Shown: positions 43,075 to 51,987 of the stretch, piece by piece
Position numbering within the stretch: position 1 is the first letter of the stretch
Layout of the letters: each line of letters opens with the position of its first letter
Assembly (NCBI GenBank): GCA_017513095.1
Contig: JAFWDJ010000024.1
Coordinates: 6,073-70,072 of the forward strand
DNA length: 64,000 nt
From: Clostridia bacterium
GTDB taxonomy: Bacteria > Bacillota > Clostridia > Oscillospirales > RGIG577
Direction of reading: 5' to 3'
The notes under the pieces: model-generated
Told to the model about the DNA's origin: nothing
Database searches by the model: none
What the model saw: only the letters and a program-made list of their open reading frames with translations
Made by a program: the position numbers and the translations under genes

Positions 43075-43915
43075 TCAAAAGCTCCTTTACATACGTCGGC
43101 AGCGCAAATGCCCCGAAATGCAGGTCGGTGTTGTAGTACTTCGTTTTGATGCCGAGCTCGTTCCATTCCGAGGCGAACATATCAAGCACGGGATCGAACT
43201 TCTTTGACGCGAATCCGAACAGCCAGTGACCCGACGGATACGTCGGGATGTGCGCCTGATATACGAAGCTCATGTCGAATATGCTCTTGATTCTCCTGTG
43301 CGCCGACTGCATGTTTACCGCGTCGTTGGGATAGAACGGGCTTTCGTGCTGATTTATGAGTATGCCCGTGTCGTTTAGGGCGCGGTAGCAGTTGCCGTAG
43401 AACTCCTTCGTAAAGAGCACCTCTCCGGGGCCGAACGGGTCGGTCGAGTCGACAATTATAAGGTCGTAGGTGTTCTGCGTTCGGCGCACGAATTTAAGGC
43501 CGTCCTGATATATGAGATTTACGCGCGGGTCTTCAAAGCCCACGGCCGTTTTCGGAAGGTATTCCTTGCAGATTTCAACTACGCGCTCGTCTATTTCAAC
43601 TACGTCTATATTTTCTATCGTCTTGTATTTTACAAGCTCCCTCATGGCTCCCCCGTCGCCCGCGCCGATTATCAGCACGTTTTTGATACCGGGGTTTACC
43701 ACCATGGCGGGATGAGTTATCATCTCGTGATATATGAATTCGTCGCGCTCCGTAAGCATCATTATGCCGTCGAGCGTAAGGAAGCGGCCGAATTCCTTCG
43801 AGTCGAATACGGATATCCACTGATAATCGCTCTTCTCCTGATAAATCTGGCGCGTTACCTTGATGGAAAAGCGCACGTTATCGGTATGATATTCGCTGAA
43901 CCATAAGTCGTCCAT
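43067..43915 (-). CDS. speE: Spermidine synthase / aminopropyltransferase
   Basis: 282 aa. Motifs IIGAGDGGAMRE and DLIIVDSTDPFGPG. Confidence 0.9.
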   Translation of the reverse strand: MDDLWFSEYHTDNVRFSIKVTRQIYQEKSDYQWISVFDSKEFGRFLTLDGIMMLTERDEFIYHEMITHPAMVVNPGIKNVLIIGAGDGGAMRELVKYKTIENIDVVEIDERVVEICKEYLPKTAVGFEDPRVNLIYQDGLKFVRRTQNTYDLIIVDSTDPFGPGEVLFTKEFYGNCYRALNDTGILINQHESPFYPNDAVNMQSAHRRIKSIFDMSFVYQAHIPTYPSGHWLFGFASKKFDPVLDMFASEWNELGIKTKYYNTDLHFGAFALPTYVKELLNE

Positions 43916-43916
43916 T

Positions 43917-45362
43917 TTACGCTCCTTTCACTACGTTGAGAAAGCTTACGTCCATGCTCTCGGGGCCGGTTATCATGCAGCCCTTGTCCTTGGCGTATTT
44001 TATGTATTCTATGATATTCGGCGTTACGGCCTCGCCGGGCGCGAGTATCGGTATTCCGGGAGGATAGCACATTACGAACTCGGCGCATACCCTGCCGCTG
44101 CATTCTAAGAGAGGCAGGCTCTCCTTTTCGGCGTAGAACGCCTCCTGCGGAGAGGCAAGCACGACGGGACTTATATACTCGGAGTCGAGCATATCCTTAT
44201 TGCTGCGCTTGTAAAGACGCTGAATCTCGCCGAGCGAGCCGATAAGCCGCTCTATGCTCTTGTTCTTGTCGCCCACCGAGATATACGCAAGGATGTTGCT
44301 TAAATCGCCGAACTCTATCTGTATGCCGTATTCGTCACGCAATAGGTCGTATACCTCTATGCCCGCAAGCCCGAGCCCCAGCGTATTTACGGACAGCTTC
44401 GTCGTGTCGAAGTCGAAGATGCTGTCGCCGTTTATAAGCTCCTTTGAATATGCGTAATAGTCGCCGATTTGGTTTATCTCCTCGCGCGCGTAATTCGCGT
44501 AGCGCTTGACCTTTTCAAATATCTGAACGCCGTTTAAGGCAAGGTTGCGCCTTGAAATATCGAGGCTTGAAAGAAGAAGATAAGAGCCCGACGTCGTCTG
44601 CGTCAGGTTTATTATCTTTCTTACATAGTCGGCGTTCACGGCGGCGGAGCAAAGAAGGAGCGAGCTTTGCGTAAGCGAGCCGCCAGATTTGTGCATGCTT
44701 ACGGCGGCCATGTCGGCTCCCGCGGCCATGGCGGAAATCGGCATATCCGTTCCGAAGTAAAAGTGAGTGCCGTGCGCCTCGTCGACGAGCACGCGCATAC
44801 CGCGCGCGTGCGCAAGCGTCACTATGCTTTTAAGGTCGGAGCATATGCCGTAATACGTCGGATTGTTCACGAGTATCGCCTTCGCGGTCGGATGCTCGTC
44901 TATCGCGCGCGCGACGTCGGAAACCGACATGCCGAGCGCGATGCCAAGATCCCTGTTCGTCTGCGGATTTATATATATCGGCACGGCGCCGCACAGCACG
45001 AGCGCGTTTATAACGCTCTGATGCACGTTTCGCGGAAGTATTATCTTATCGCCCGCCTTTACGTTTGAAAGAATCATCGACTGCACGGACGACGTTGTGC
45101 CGCCGACCATGAAAAAGGCGTTTGCGGCCGAAAAAGCCTCGGCGGCAAGCTGCTCGGCTTCTTTTATCACGCTTACGGGATGGCAGAGGTTGTCGAGCGG
45201 CTTCATCGAGTTTACGTCCACAGAAAGGCACTTTTCGCCCAAAAACTCGGTAAGCTCTGGATTTCCCTTGCCGTGCTTATGACCCGGCACGTCGAACGGA
45301 ACGAGCCTGTCGTGGCGCATATGCTCAAGAGCCGCAAGAAGCGGCGCTCTGGACTGATCCAT
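43917..45362 (-). CDS. speA: Orn/Lys/Arg decarboxylase family protein (probable arginine decarboxylase)
   Basis: 481 aa. Fold-type I PLP decarboxylase with the PLP-Lys motif SMHKSGG. Context with speB/speE. Confidence 0.8.
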   Translation of the reverse strand: MDQSRAPLLAALEHMRHDRLVPFDVPGHKHGKGNPELTEFLGEKCLSVDVNSMKPLDNLCHPVSVIKEAEQLAAEAFSAANAFFMVGGTTSSVQSMILSNVKAGDKIILPRNVHQSVINALVLCGAVPIYINPQTNRDLGIALGMSVSDVARAIDEHPTAKAILVNNPTYYGICSDLKSIVTLAHARGMRVLVDEAHGTHFYFGTDMPISAMAAGADMAAVSMHKSGGSLTQSSLLLCSAAVNADYVRKIINLTQTTSGSYLLLSSLDISRRNLALNGVQIFEKVKRYANYAREEINQIGDYYAYSKELINGDSIFDFDTTKLSVNTLGLGLAGIEVYDLLRDEYGIQIEFGDLSNILAYISVGDKNKSIERLIGSLGEIQRLYKRSNKDMLDSEYISPVVLASPQEAFYAEKESLPLLECSGRVCAEFVMCYPPGIPILAPGEAVTPNIIEYIKYAKDKGCMITGPESMDVSFLNVVKGA

Positions 45363-45366
45363 TCGC

Positions 45367-46137
45367 CTACACCTCCTGATATACGTTCGTGCCGCTGAAT
45401 ATTTCTATCATTTCGCGCCTGAGCGAATTTGTTATATCAAGCCTTATCTTCGGCGGTATCTCATATACGTCCGAGTTGAAGAGATAATTCTGAAGCACGA
45501 TATCCTTTATGAGCATCTTCGTATGAAATATGTTCGACTGATAGACGTTTACGTCAACGGCGTCGTATTTCTGGAGTATGCCGTCGTTTATATAGTCCTG
45601 TATCGAGGTTATGTTGTGGTCGATAAAGAGCTTTTTGCCCTCCATGTTCCGTGTAAAGCCCCTTACGCGGTAGTCCATCGTGATTATATCGGAATCGAAG
45701 CTTCCGATGAGGAAATCGAGCGTTGAAAGCGGCGTTATCTCACCGCAGGTCGCGACGTCTATATCAACGCGGAACGTGGCTATCGACGTTTCGGGATGAT
45801 ACTCGGGATATGTGTGCACGGTGACGTGGCTTTTGTCGAGGTGGGAGACGACCGTCTCTCCGCTCATTACCTTTACCATGCTTTCCTCTGCGATGAGGAA
45901 CGTCACGCTTGCCCCCTGCGGCTCGTAATCCTGCTTTGAGATGTTTAAAACGGTCGCGCCTATCATCTCGGTAAGCCGCGTGAGTATCGCCGTGAGACGC
46001 TCCGAATTGTACTGCTCATTTATGTATTTTATATAGTCCTGCTGCTCGCGCGCCGTTTTTGCATAGCATATATCGTAAATATTGAAGCTCAGCGCCTTGG
46101 TGAGATTGTTGAAGCCGTAAAGTTTCATTTTATCCAT
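45367..46137 (-). CDS. speD: S-adenosylmethionine decarboxylase proenzyme (E. coli SpeD type)
   Basis: Near-colinear with E. coli SpeD ([24 protein letters not shown]..., [33 protein letters not shown]). Start at MDKMKL (46137), after GGAGG. Confidence 0.9.
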   Translation of the reverse strand: MDKMKLYGFNNLTKALSFNIYDICYAKTAREQQDYIKYINEQYNSERLTAILTRLTEMIGATVLNISKQDYEPQGASVTFLIAEESMVKVMSGETVVSHLDKSHVTVHTYPEYHPETSIATFRVDIDVATCGEITPLSTLDFLIGSFDSDIITMDYRVRGFTRNMEGKKLFIDHNITSIQDYINDGILQKYDAVDVNVYQSNIFHTKMLIKDIVLQNYLFNSDVYEIPPKIRLDITNSLRREMIEIFSGTNVYQEV

Positions 46138-46515
46138 GCCAGCACCTCCGAAATAAGAAAAGATGTACCCTGCATACCCGGGTACATCTTGTAAAATCGG
46201 TTTTATTCCCGCCGTAAAAGCCCTTTTTTCGTCTTTTTCGGGCTTCGGCTCTCTCAAAAATCCCTTCAGAGTCTATATAGTAAGAACTACTTTTACTACT
46301 CTTATTGACCGTTTCACAAGCGTGCACCAAAGTACACTTGGTTATGAAGTAACCAACTGGCAATTGAGTTGCCAACTTATAAAAGTTGCGCTCTTAACGC
46401 AATCAATAAGGCAAAGTTGCTGCTTTGCCGTCGGCAGTTTGACCCGGCTGTCCGTATGGCCTTAAGCTTCCCGAAGGGAAACTGGTCAAAAGTTGTTCTC
46501 GCTATATGCTTGAAA
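46138..46515 (-). promoter_or_regulatory. Long structured 5' leader of the polyamine operon (unclassified cis-regulatory RNA candidate)
   Basis: About 375 nt between a TTGACA / T-A-rich -10 region (about 46520-46552) and the speD ATG. Contains at least 8 local hairpins (e.g. ggcaaag/ctttgcc, ttggtta/taaccaa) and a terminal terminator. Confidence 0.5.
46152..46190 (-). terminator. Intrinsic terminator inside the speD leader
   Basis: 11-bp stem aagatgtaccc(46160-46170)/gggtacatctt(46180-46190), followed on the minus strand by TTTCTTATTT. Ends about 15 nt before the speD RBS. Confidence 0.6.
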
Positions 46516-46671
46516 CCAATATTATAATAAGTTATTTTCGATACCTTTGTCAAGCTTTTAGGGAAAAAAGGCGCATGAGTGCGAAATAATGCGCGCTCCC
46601 TTGCCGAAAATCAGGGTTTTTAAGCGATTTTTGACGCGCGCGGCACTTGACGCCCGAAAAACGGCGGCTAT

Positions 46672-47244
46672 TCAGCCGTAGCAGAAATACGTGTTGCCGT
46701 CGCGCTCGTATACGCCGCGCCCCTGCCGGAACTGCGCCTGAAATATCACGTCGGGCGGGCAGTCCACCTCGCCGTAGGCGGCCGCGCGCGCATTGTCGTA
46801 GCAGCGCGCGGGGATATTGCTTTCGGACACGCTGTAAAGCCTTCCTGCGCAGGCGTACTGCCCCTTACGGTATATGTTGGCCTCTATGGTGTCCGGAAAA
46901 CGCGAGTCGGCGCAGCGATTTAAGAGCACGCACGCGACGAGCTGCTGGTGGCGATCGGAAATCCAGCTTGAGCCGGCCTCGAAATAGACGACACGTGCGA
47001 GCATGTCGAGTTCATCGTTTATTTCGTCCTGCGCCTGCTGCCAGAGAGTCTTGGCTGCGAGTATCACGCCGTCGCTTTCTGACGCGCCGAGCGTTCTTGC
47101 GTTTTCGGCCGCAGTGTGCGCCTCGGCTTTGATTGCTTCCTTCGCGTCGAAATATCCCGCCTGCGCTCCGCCGCACGCTAACGCGGCCGTAATAATCATA
47201 AGCGCAATCAGCGCCTTATGTCGCAGCTTAAATAATCCGTTCAT
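46672..47244 (-). CDS. SleB-like cell wall hydrolase (spore cortex-lytic family)
   Basis: 190 aa with a signal peptide. Hydrolase_2 block (VVYFEAGSSWISDRHQQLVACVLLNRCADSRFPDTI). Confidence 0.8.
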   Translation of the reverse strand: MNGLFKLRHKALIALMIITAALACGGAQAGYFDAKEAIKAEAHTAAENARTLGASESDGVILAAKTLWQQAQDEINDELDMLARVVYFEAGSSWISDRHQQLVACVLLNRCADSRFPDTIEANIYRKGQYACAGRLYSVSESNIPARCYDNARAAAYGEVDCPPDVIFQAQFRQGRGVYERDGNTYFCYG

Positions 47245-47451
47245 TTTGTTTTCCTCCGTTTTTGTTTGATAAGCCCAAGGCTTTCTTTGTTAATTCTGTC
47301 CAAAAATTACCGGATTTATAACCGTATCGGGAAAATATTTATTTCGTAGGGATTTTCAAACGCGGACGGTGCATAAAGTATTGAAAGCCTACCAAATCAA
47401 TGTTATTATTATGATATAAGCGAGCTTATCTTTTGAAACGTGGTGAGATCA

Positions 47452-47889
47452 GTGAAAATATCAACAAAGGGACGGTACGCGCTTCGCGTGATGCTCGATC
47501 TGGCGCAGCGCCGTGACGAGGGCTTTATTTCGCTTAAGGACATATCGAAGCGCCAGGACATCTCTAAAAAATACTTAGAGCAGATAGTCCCCGCTTTAAG
47601 CAAGGCGGGAATGCTTGTCGCGAACAGGGGCTTTCTTGGCGGATACAGGCTTGCGGACACCCCCGACAAATATACCGTGGGAGAAATACTAAGGCTTACC
47701 GAGGGCAGCCTCGCCCCCATCGCCTGCCTTGAGCGCGAGCCGAATGACTGTCCGCATTGCGGCGAGTGTATCACGCTTTCCATGTGGCAGGGTCTTTACG
47801 GCGTGATTACGGAGTATCTAAACGGCATAACTCTTCAGGACATGCTTGACAAGTACAAGGAAAGCGGCAATTTTGACTATGTTATCTGA
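47452..47889 (+). CDS. Rrf2-family transcriptional regulator
   Basis: wHTH (KISTKGRYALRVMLDLA) and a three-Cys cluster (CLEREPNDCPHCGEC). GTG at 47452 gives the canonical Rrf2 N-terminus. The ORF opens at 47440. Confidence 0.85.
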   Translation: MKISTKGRYALRVMLDLAQRRDEGFISLKDISKRQDISKKYLEQIVPALSKAGMLVANRGFLGGYRLADTPDKYTVGEILRLTEGSLAPIACLEREPNDCPHCGECITLSMWQGLYGVITEYLNGITLQDMLDKYKESGNFDYVI

Positions 47890-47903
47890 GGGCGGGTGCG
47901 GCA

Positions 47904-49103
47904 ATGACGAAAAGGTACGAGAAGATAGACAAATCGTTTTTTGATGAGGTGCACGACAGAACGGGCACCGGCGCGATAAAATACGACGTGACTCCCGGGG
48001 GCGTGTCATATCCCGATATGCTGCCGCTGTGGGTGGCCGATATGGACTTTAAGGCGCCGCCCGCCGTGACGGACGCGCTTGTTTCGTGCGCGCGCCACGG
48101 CATATTCGGCTACACCGATCTCGGCGAAGAATACGGCCGCGCCGTCACGGACTGGTTTTACCGCCGCATGGGACTTCGGGCCGATCCGTCGTGGATAGTA
48201 AAGGCGCCGGGCGTCGTTTTTTCCATGTGCATGGCGATACGCGCGCTTTGTGCCCCCGGCGACGCGGTGCTTATCTGCCAGCCGGTATATCACCCGTTCG
48301 CAAAGATAATACCCGCAAACGGCAGACGGCTCGCGGTAACGGAGCTTGTTATGAAGAACGGCCGTTATGAAATTGATTTCGGCGATTTTGAGGATAAGAT
48401 AAAGCGTAATAATGTAAAGCTGTTTCTTTTATGCTCGCCGCACAATCCCGTATCGCGCGTATGGACGCGCGCGGAGCTTGAGAAGATGGCGGAGATTTGC
48501 CGTCGGCACGGCGTTTTGGTCGTATCCGACGAGATCCACTCGGATTTTGTGTACGAGGGACATACGCATATCCCCTTCGCCTCGCTTTCAAGTGAAGTTT
48601 CCGACATGACCGTGACCTGCACGGCGCCGTCAAAGACGTTCAATCTTGCGGGGCTTCAGGCCGCGAATATGCTTATCGAGAATAAGACGTTAAGGGAGCG
48701 CGTAAGGCGCGAATGCCTTTCTGCGGGCTACGGCGGGCACAACGTCGCGGCGGCGTGCGCTTCGCTTGCCGCGTATAAGCACGGCGAACAGTGGCTTGAG
48801 GTACTGCTTTCGTATCTTTCGGACAACGTGGGGCTCCTTTCGGAAGCGCTTGACGCGACGAACGGAAAAGTAACGTTAATCAGACCCGAGGGGACTTATC
48901 TTATGTGGCTTGACTGCCGCGCGCTTTCGATGACCGACGAGGAGCTCGACGCGTTTTTCCTGAAGTCGGCGGGGCTTTACTTAAATTCGGGCTATATTTT
49001 CGGGCGCGGCGGAAGCGGCTTTATGCGCATGAACATCGCCTGCCCGAAGGAGACGCTTGACGCGGCGCTCGGTCGGCTCTCTCGCGCCGTTTCAAAGCTA
49101 TAA
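47904..49103 (+). CDS. patB: MalY/PatB-type cystathionine beta-lyase (class I/II aminotransferase fold)
   Basis: 399 aa. PLP-Lys motif APSKTFNLAGL. Family-typical N-terminus (DRTGTGAIKYD). Confidence 0.85.
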   Translation: MTKRYEKIDKSFFDEVHDRTGTGAIKYDVTPGGVSYPDMLPLWVADMDFKAPPAVTDALVSCARHGIFGYTDLGEEYGRAVTDWFYRRMGLRADPSWIVKAPGVVFSMCMAIRALCAPGDAVLICQPVYHPFAKIIPANGRRLAVTELVMKNGRYEIDFGDFEDKIKRNNVKLFLLCSPHNPVSRVWTRAELEKMAEICRRHGVLVVSDEIHSDFVYEGHTHIPFASLSSEVSDMTVTCTAPSKTFNLAGLQAANMLIENKTLRERVRRECLSAGYGGHNVAAACASLAAYKHGEQWLEVLLSYLSDNVGLLSEALDATNGKVTLIRPEGTYLMWLDCRALSMTDEELDAFFLKSAGLYLNSGYIFGRGGSGFMRMNIACPKETLDAALGRLSRAVSKL

Positions 49104-49123
49104 ATGAAAAAGGAGCATGAAAA

Positions 49124-50428
49124 ATGCATGATATAGTATCCAGGATAATTTTATATAAAAGCCTGCCGGAGTTCTCGATATTAACGGGACTTTCCGGGGT
49201 GTCGTCCGCGGCGCTTTCGGGATGCGGAAATAAGGACGCTTTGAGAATAAGATTCTACGATGAGGTAAGACGCATTCTTGAGCTTGCGTCGAAATACGGC
49301 TTTGACAAAAATCTGTGGCACGATTTTCTTTCGTATCTTCTCATAATGGACGAAAATCCGCTGAGCCTTTCGTGCGAGAAGAACTCCGCGTCGCTCGGCA
49401 GCATGGCGCGCTTTGCCGAAAACGACCATCTCGCCTTCTGGCAGCTTTTCAATTACGATTTCGCGTTGCTCGAAGGTGCGCTCGGCGCCGACGTATTCTC
49501 TGTGCTGCAAAATTACGTTTCGCCCTCCGCCGGTGACTTTATGTACGACCGCGCGATAAGCGAAAAGGTCCGCCTTCTGTCGGACGCGCTTTCCGAAGCC
49601 GCGGACGCGCAGAGCTTTTCAGAGCGCATCGTAGCGTTCTACCGTCGTTACGGCGTGGGCTCGTTCGGCATGAACAAGGCCTTTCGGTTCGATACGGATT
49701 TAAACGGGAATATCGCATTCAAGCCGATAAGCAATATGGTGAAGGTCTCTTTTTCGGATATCATCGGCTATGAGATACAGAAAGAGAAGCTTATAGAGAA
49801 TACGCGCGCCTTCGTTTCGGGCAAGCGCGCGAACAACGTGCTTTTGTACGGTGACAGCGGCACGGGCAAATCGACAAGCATAAAGGCCGTCGTAAACGAA
49901 TACTACGCCGACGGACTGAGGATGATCGAGATATACAAGCACCAGTTTCGGGATTTGTCGGCGCTCATATCGCGTATAAAGCCGCGCAATTATAAGTTCA
50001 TAATCTATATGGACGACCTTTCGTTTGAGGATAACGAGACGGAATATAAATTCTTAAAGGCGGTCATCGAGGGCGGCATGGAGACCGTGCCCGATAATAT
50101 TCTCATATACGCCACCTCCAACCGACGCCATCTGATACGCGAGATATGGCGCGACCGCAACGACGTCGAGGTCACCGAGGCCGAGGTCCATCATTCCGAT
50201 ACGCTTGAGGAGAAGCTGTCGCTCGCCCACCGCTTCGGCGTGACGATAAACTTTTCAAAGCCCACGCGGGCGCAGTATATGGATATCGTATCGAAGCTTG
50301 CCGAGAAGAACGGCCTGAAAATCGACGGCGCGGAGCTTAAAAAGGAAGCCGACAGGTGGGAAATGGCCCACGGCGGCTTATCCGGACGCACGGCTCAGCA
50401 GTTTATCAATCATTTATTGGGGAAATGA
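49124..50428 (+). CDS. DUF815-type ATP-binding protein (AAA-like)
   Basis: 434 aa. Walker A GDSGTGKST and Walker B IIYMDDLSF. Resembles the DUF815 family. Confidence 0.7.
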   Translation: MHDIVSRIILYKSLPEFSILTGLSGVSSAALSGCGNKDALRIRFYDEVRRILELASKYGFDKNLWHDFLSYLLIMDENPLSLSCEKNSASLGSMARFAENDHLAFWQLFNYDFALLEGALGADVFSVLQNYVSPSAGDFMYDRAISEKVRLLSDALSEAADAQSFSERIVAFYRRYGVGSFGMNKAFRFDTDLNGNIAFKPISNMVKVSFSDIIGYEIQKEKLIENTRAFVSGKRANNVLLYGDSGTGKSTSIKAVVNEYYADGLRMIEIYKHQFRDLSALISRIKPRNYKFIIYMDDLSFEDNETEYKFLKAVIEGGMETVPDNILIYATSNRRHLIREIWRDRNDVEVTEAEVHHSDTLEEKLSLAHRFGVTINFSKPTRAQYMDIVSKLAEKNGLKIDGAELKKEADRWEMAHGGLSGRTAQQFINHLLGK

Positions 50429-50433
50429 GAAAC

Positions 50434-50471
50434 GGGGCTTATATGACAAAACTCAAAGTCATATAAGCCCC
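50434..50471. terminator. Bidirectional terminator bounding the low-GC cluster
   Basis: 14-bp perfect stem ggggcttatatgac(50434-50447)/gtcatataagcccc(50458-50471). Confidence 0.7.
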
Positions 50472-50557
50472 TTAATTATATTTACATATATGTCCTCCAA
50501 GCAAATAATCGTAAGCAACGATATAAATCATCTCTTGATATAAGTTTGAATTTTACG

Positions 50558-51328
50558 TTAGCGGCCGCCGTATTCGCTGCCATAATAGAGAACTTTTCTG
50601 TTCTCGATCTTACGATGATTAACGTCAATAATATATTCGTTTGAATATTGAGCCATCCAATATTCGCCAGACAACTTGCGATTAAGCAGTTTGTCCATCT
50701 CTTCTGATAGATATTCATAATTTGAGTTCCAAACACAAAGTTCTTCGCCGCTCAGTTCAGAATCGTTATCGTTGGCAGGCAGCACGGGATCGGATTTTAC
50801 GTATTCAATCAAGGCATGCAGCTTGTGTGATTCCCTACCTTCGCCCTGCTGTTTATAAAACTCTTCAAAAGAACTCAACAAATCATCGCATTCGATCCAC
50901 ATTGCAGAGTCGCCTGAACCGTACTTGGAATTCCGGATTACGATAGTTTCCAGATTATTCGCCGATATCCCTTGCTTTTTACAGTAATTGAGAAAACGGT
51001 TTATCTCTTTAGGAACCGCGTCTTGTAGCGGTATTTTTGGATATTCTCCATCTTCATCACATAATCCTTCAATGATTGCGGCGCTGAACAGCAGCTCGCA
51101 TAATTCTTCAAGGCTTTTTGCTGTGGATAATGATTTGCCGCCAAAACAGATCTCGCCGTTTTTAACTTCAGGAATAAGGTAAATGCTCTCCGCCGCTTCA
51201 TCTCCCCCATCTTCAGGGCTGACAGCATGCCAAAAATCCGCCATTTTCTTATTCTCGTCAATCAGATATATCTCCAGAATATAGCTTGCACTGCTCGAAT
51301 TGGTCACAAAATCCGTGCGTATTTTCAC
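50558..51328 (-). CDS. FVTNSSS-motif protein, paralog 3 (unknown function)
   Basis: 256 aa. GTG start after GAGGA. N-terminus MKIRTDFVTNSSSASYILEI is shared with the ORFs at 51988-52815 and 55027-55698. Confidence 0.75.
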   Translation of the reverse strand: MKIRTDFVTNSSSASYILEIYLIDENKKMADFWHAVSPEDGGDEAAESIYLIPEVKNGEICFGGKSLSTAKSLEELCELLFSAAIIEGLCDEDGEYPKIPLQDAVPKEINRFLNYCKKQGISANNLETIVIRNSKYGSGDSAMWIECDDLLSSFEEFYKQQGEGRESHKLHALIEYVKSDPVLPANDNDSELSGEELCVWNSNYEYLSEEMDKLLNRKLSGEYWMAQYSNEYIIDVNHRKIENRKVLYYGSEYGGR

Positions 51329-51465
51329 TTTAGGTCCTCATTTCTTTATTGAAATATTGATAAAACCAAGCACGGGGCAACGGCTGGTCCTTGAATATTA
51401 TTATATGCTGCCGCCCTTAAGACAGGCAAATCCTTTGCCAAAAACGCGCTCTCTCTCGCGGCGTA

Positions 51466-51618
51466 TCACCGTTTGTCTGCGGCGATATAAATATCGGGAG
51501 CTTTCGTATAATTTTTACGTGAGAGGTTTTGCAAAGCGCACCTTATGCAGTTCACCGGGAAACCGCAGCTCGGGCACACGCCGTCCTCCATAGGCGTACC
51601 GCAGCGCGGACAATCCAT
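51466..51618 (-). CDS. Mini zinc-ribbon protein, copy 1 (50 aa, absent from the ORF track)
   Basis: MDCPRCGTPMEDGVCPSCGFPVNCIRCALQNLSRKNYTKAPDIYIAADKR. GGAGGAG RBS 5 nt upstream. The first 24 codons are duplicated at 55749-55853, with mostly synonymous differences. Confidence 0.65.
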   Translation of the reverse strand: MDCPRCGTPMEDGVCPSCGFPVNCIRCALQNLSRKNYTKAPDIYIAADKR

Positions 51619-51635
51619 ATTTACTCCTCCTTTTC
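51547..51635 (-). repeat. About 89-nt repeat (RBS + zinc-ribbon coding start), copy 1
   Basis: About 90% identical (7 mismatches in the 72 coding nt by manual alignment) to 55782-55870. Confidence 0.8.
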
Positions 51636-51987
51636 TTAAAAATAATGCTGTTGTCGGTATATTCGTGTGAGCTTTGAATTATTATAATCAAGTGTTTTTA
51701 CACTGATTTTGCTGATATTCAACTTTGTATCCTGATATCCGCCTCTTATTCTTTTTAGGCTGCTGTATTTAGTAAACCTTATGCAGTAAAGAGACGATCG
51801 TTATTATATAATTGCTGCTTTTCTGTTCTCTCTATACCTTTGAGCACTTCTTTTCTTAACAGTCCGATCCACCGGAGCAGTTTTTTTGAAAAATCGTAAG
51901 CATAATTGCCGCGTTAAACAAATCATGGGTCTTCCGGTTGCGGCAGTTTCGGCCGCTTATTTAAGAAATTCTTCGATGGGGCGCAAT

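Noticed and set aside
46138-46515. T-box or SAM-I riboswitch as the identity of the speD leader
   Set aside because: There is no T-box sequence (GGTGGTACCGCG-like), no specifier/AGAGA arrangement and no SAM-I core that I could find by eye. The partial ykkC-like resemblance is too weak to call.
46647-47132. 161-aa Arg/Pro-rich plus-strand ORF
   Set aside because: It is antisense to the SleB-like hydrolase gene, which has a clear family motif and signal peptide. The composition (RRRAPAGTAPE...) is characteristic of an out-of-frame GC-rich translation.
51780-51930. 38-codon very basic minus-strand ORF (MICLTRQLCLRFFKKTAPVDRTVKKRSAQRYRENRKAAII) in the 370-nt gap, and the 73-aa plus-strand ORF at 51886-52107
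   Set aside because: The minus-strand ORF has a weak or badly spaced RBS, and nothing in the window supports conservation. The plus-strand ORF overlaps the 3' end of the BRCT-fusion gene in antisense.
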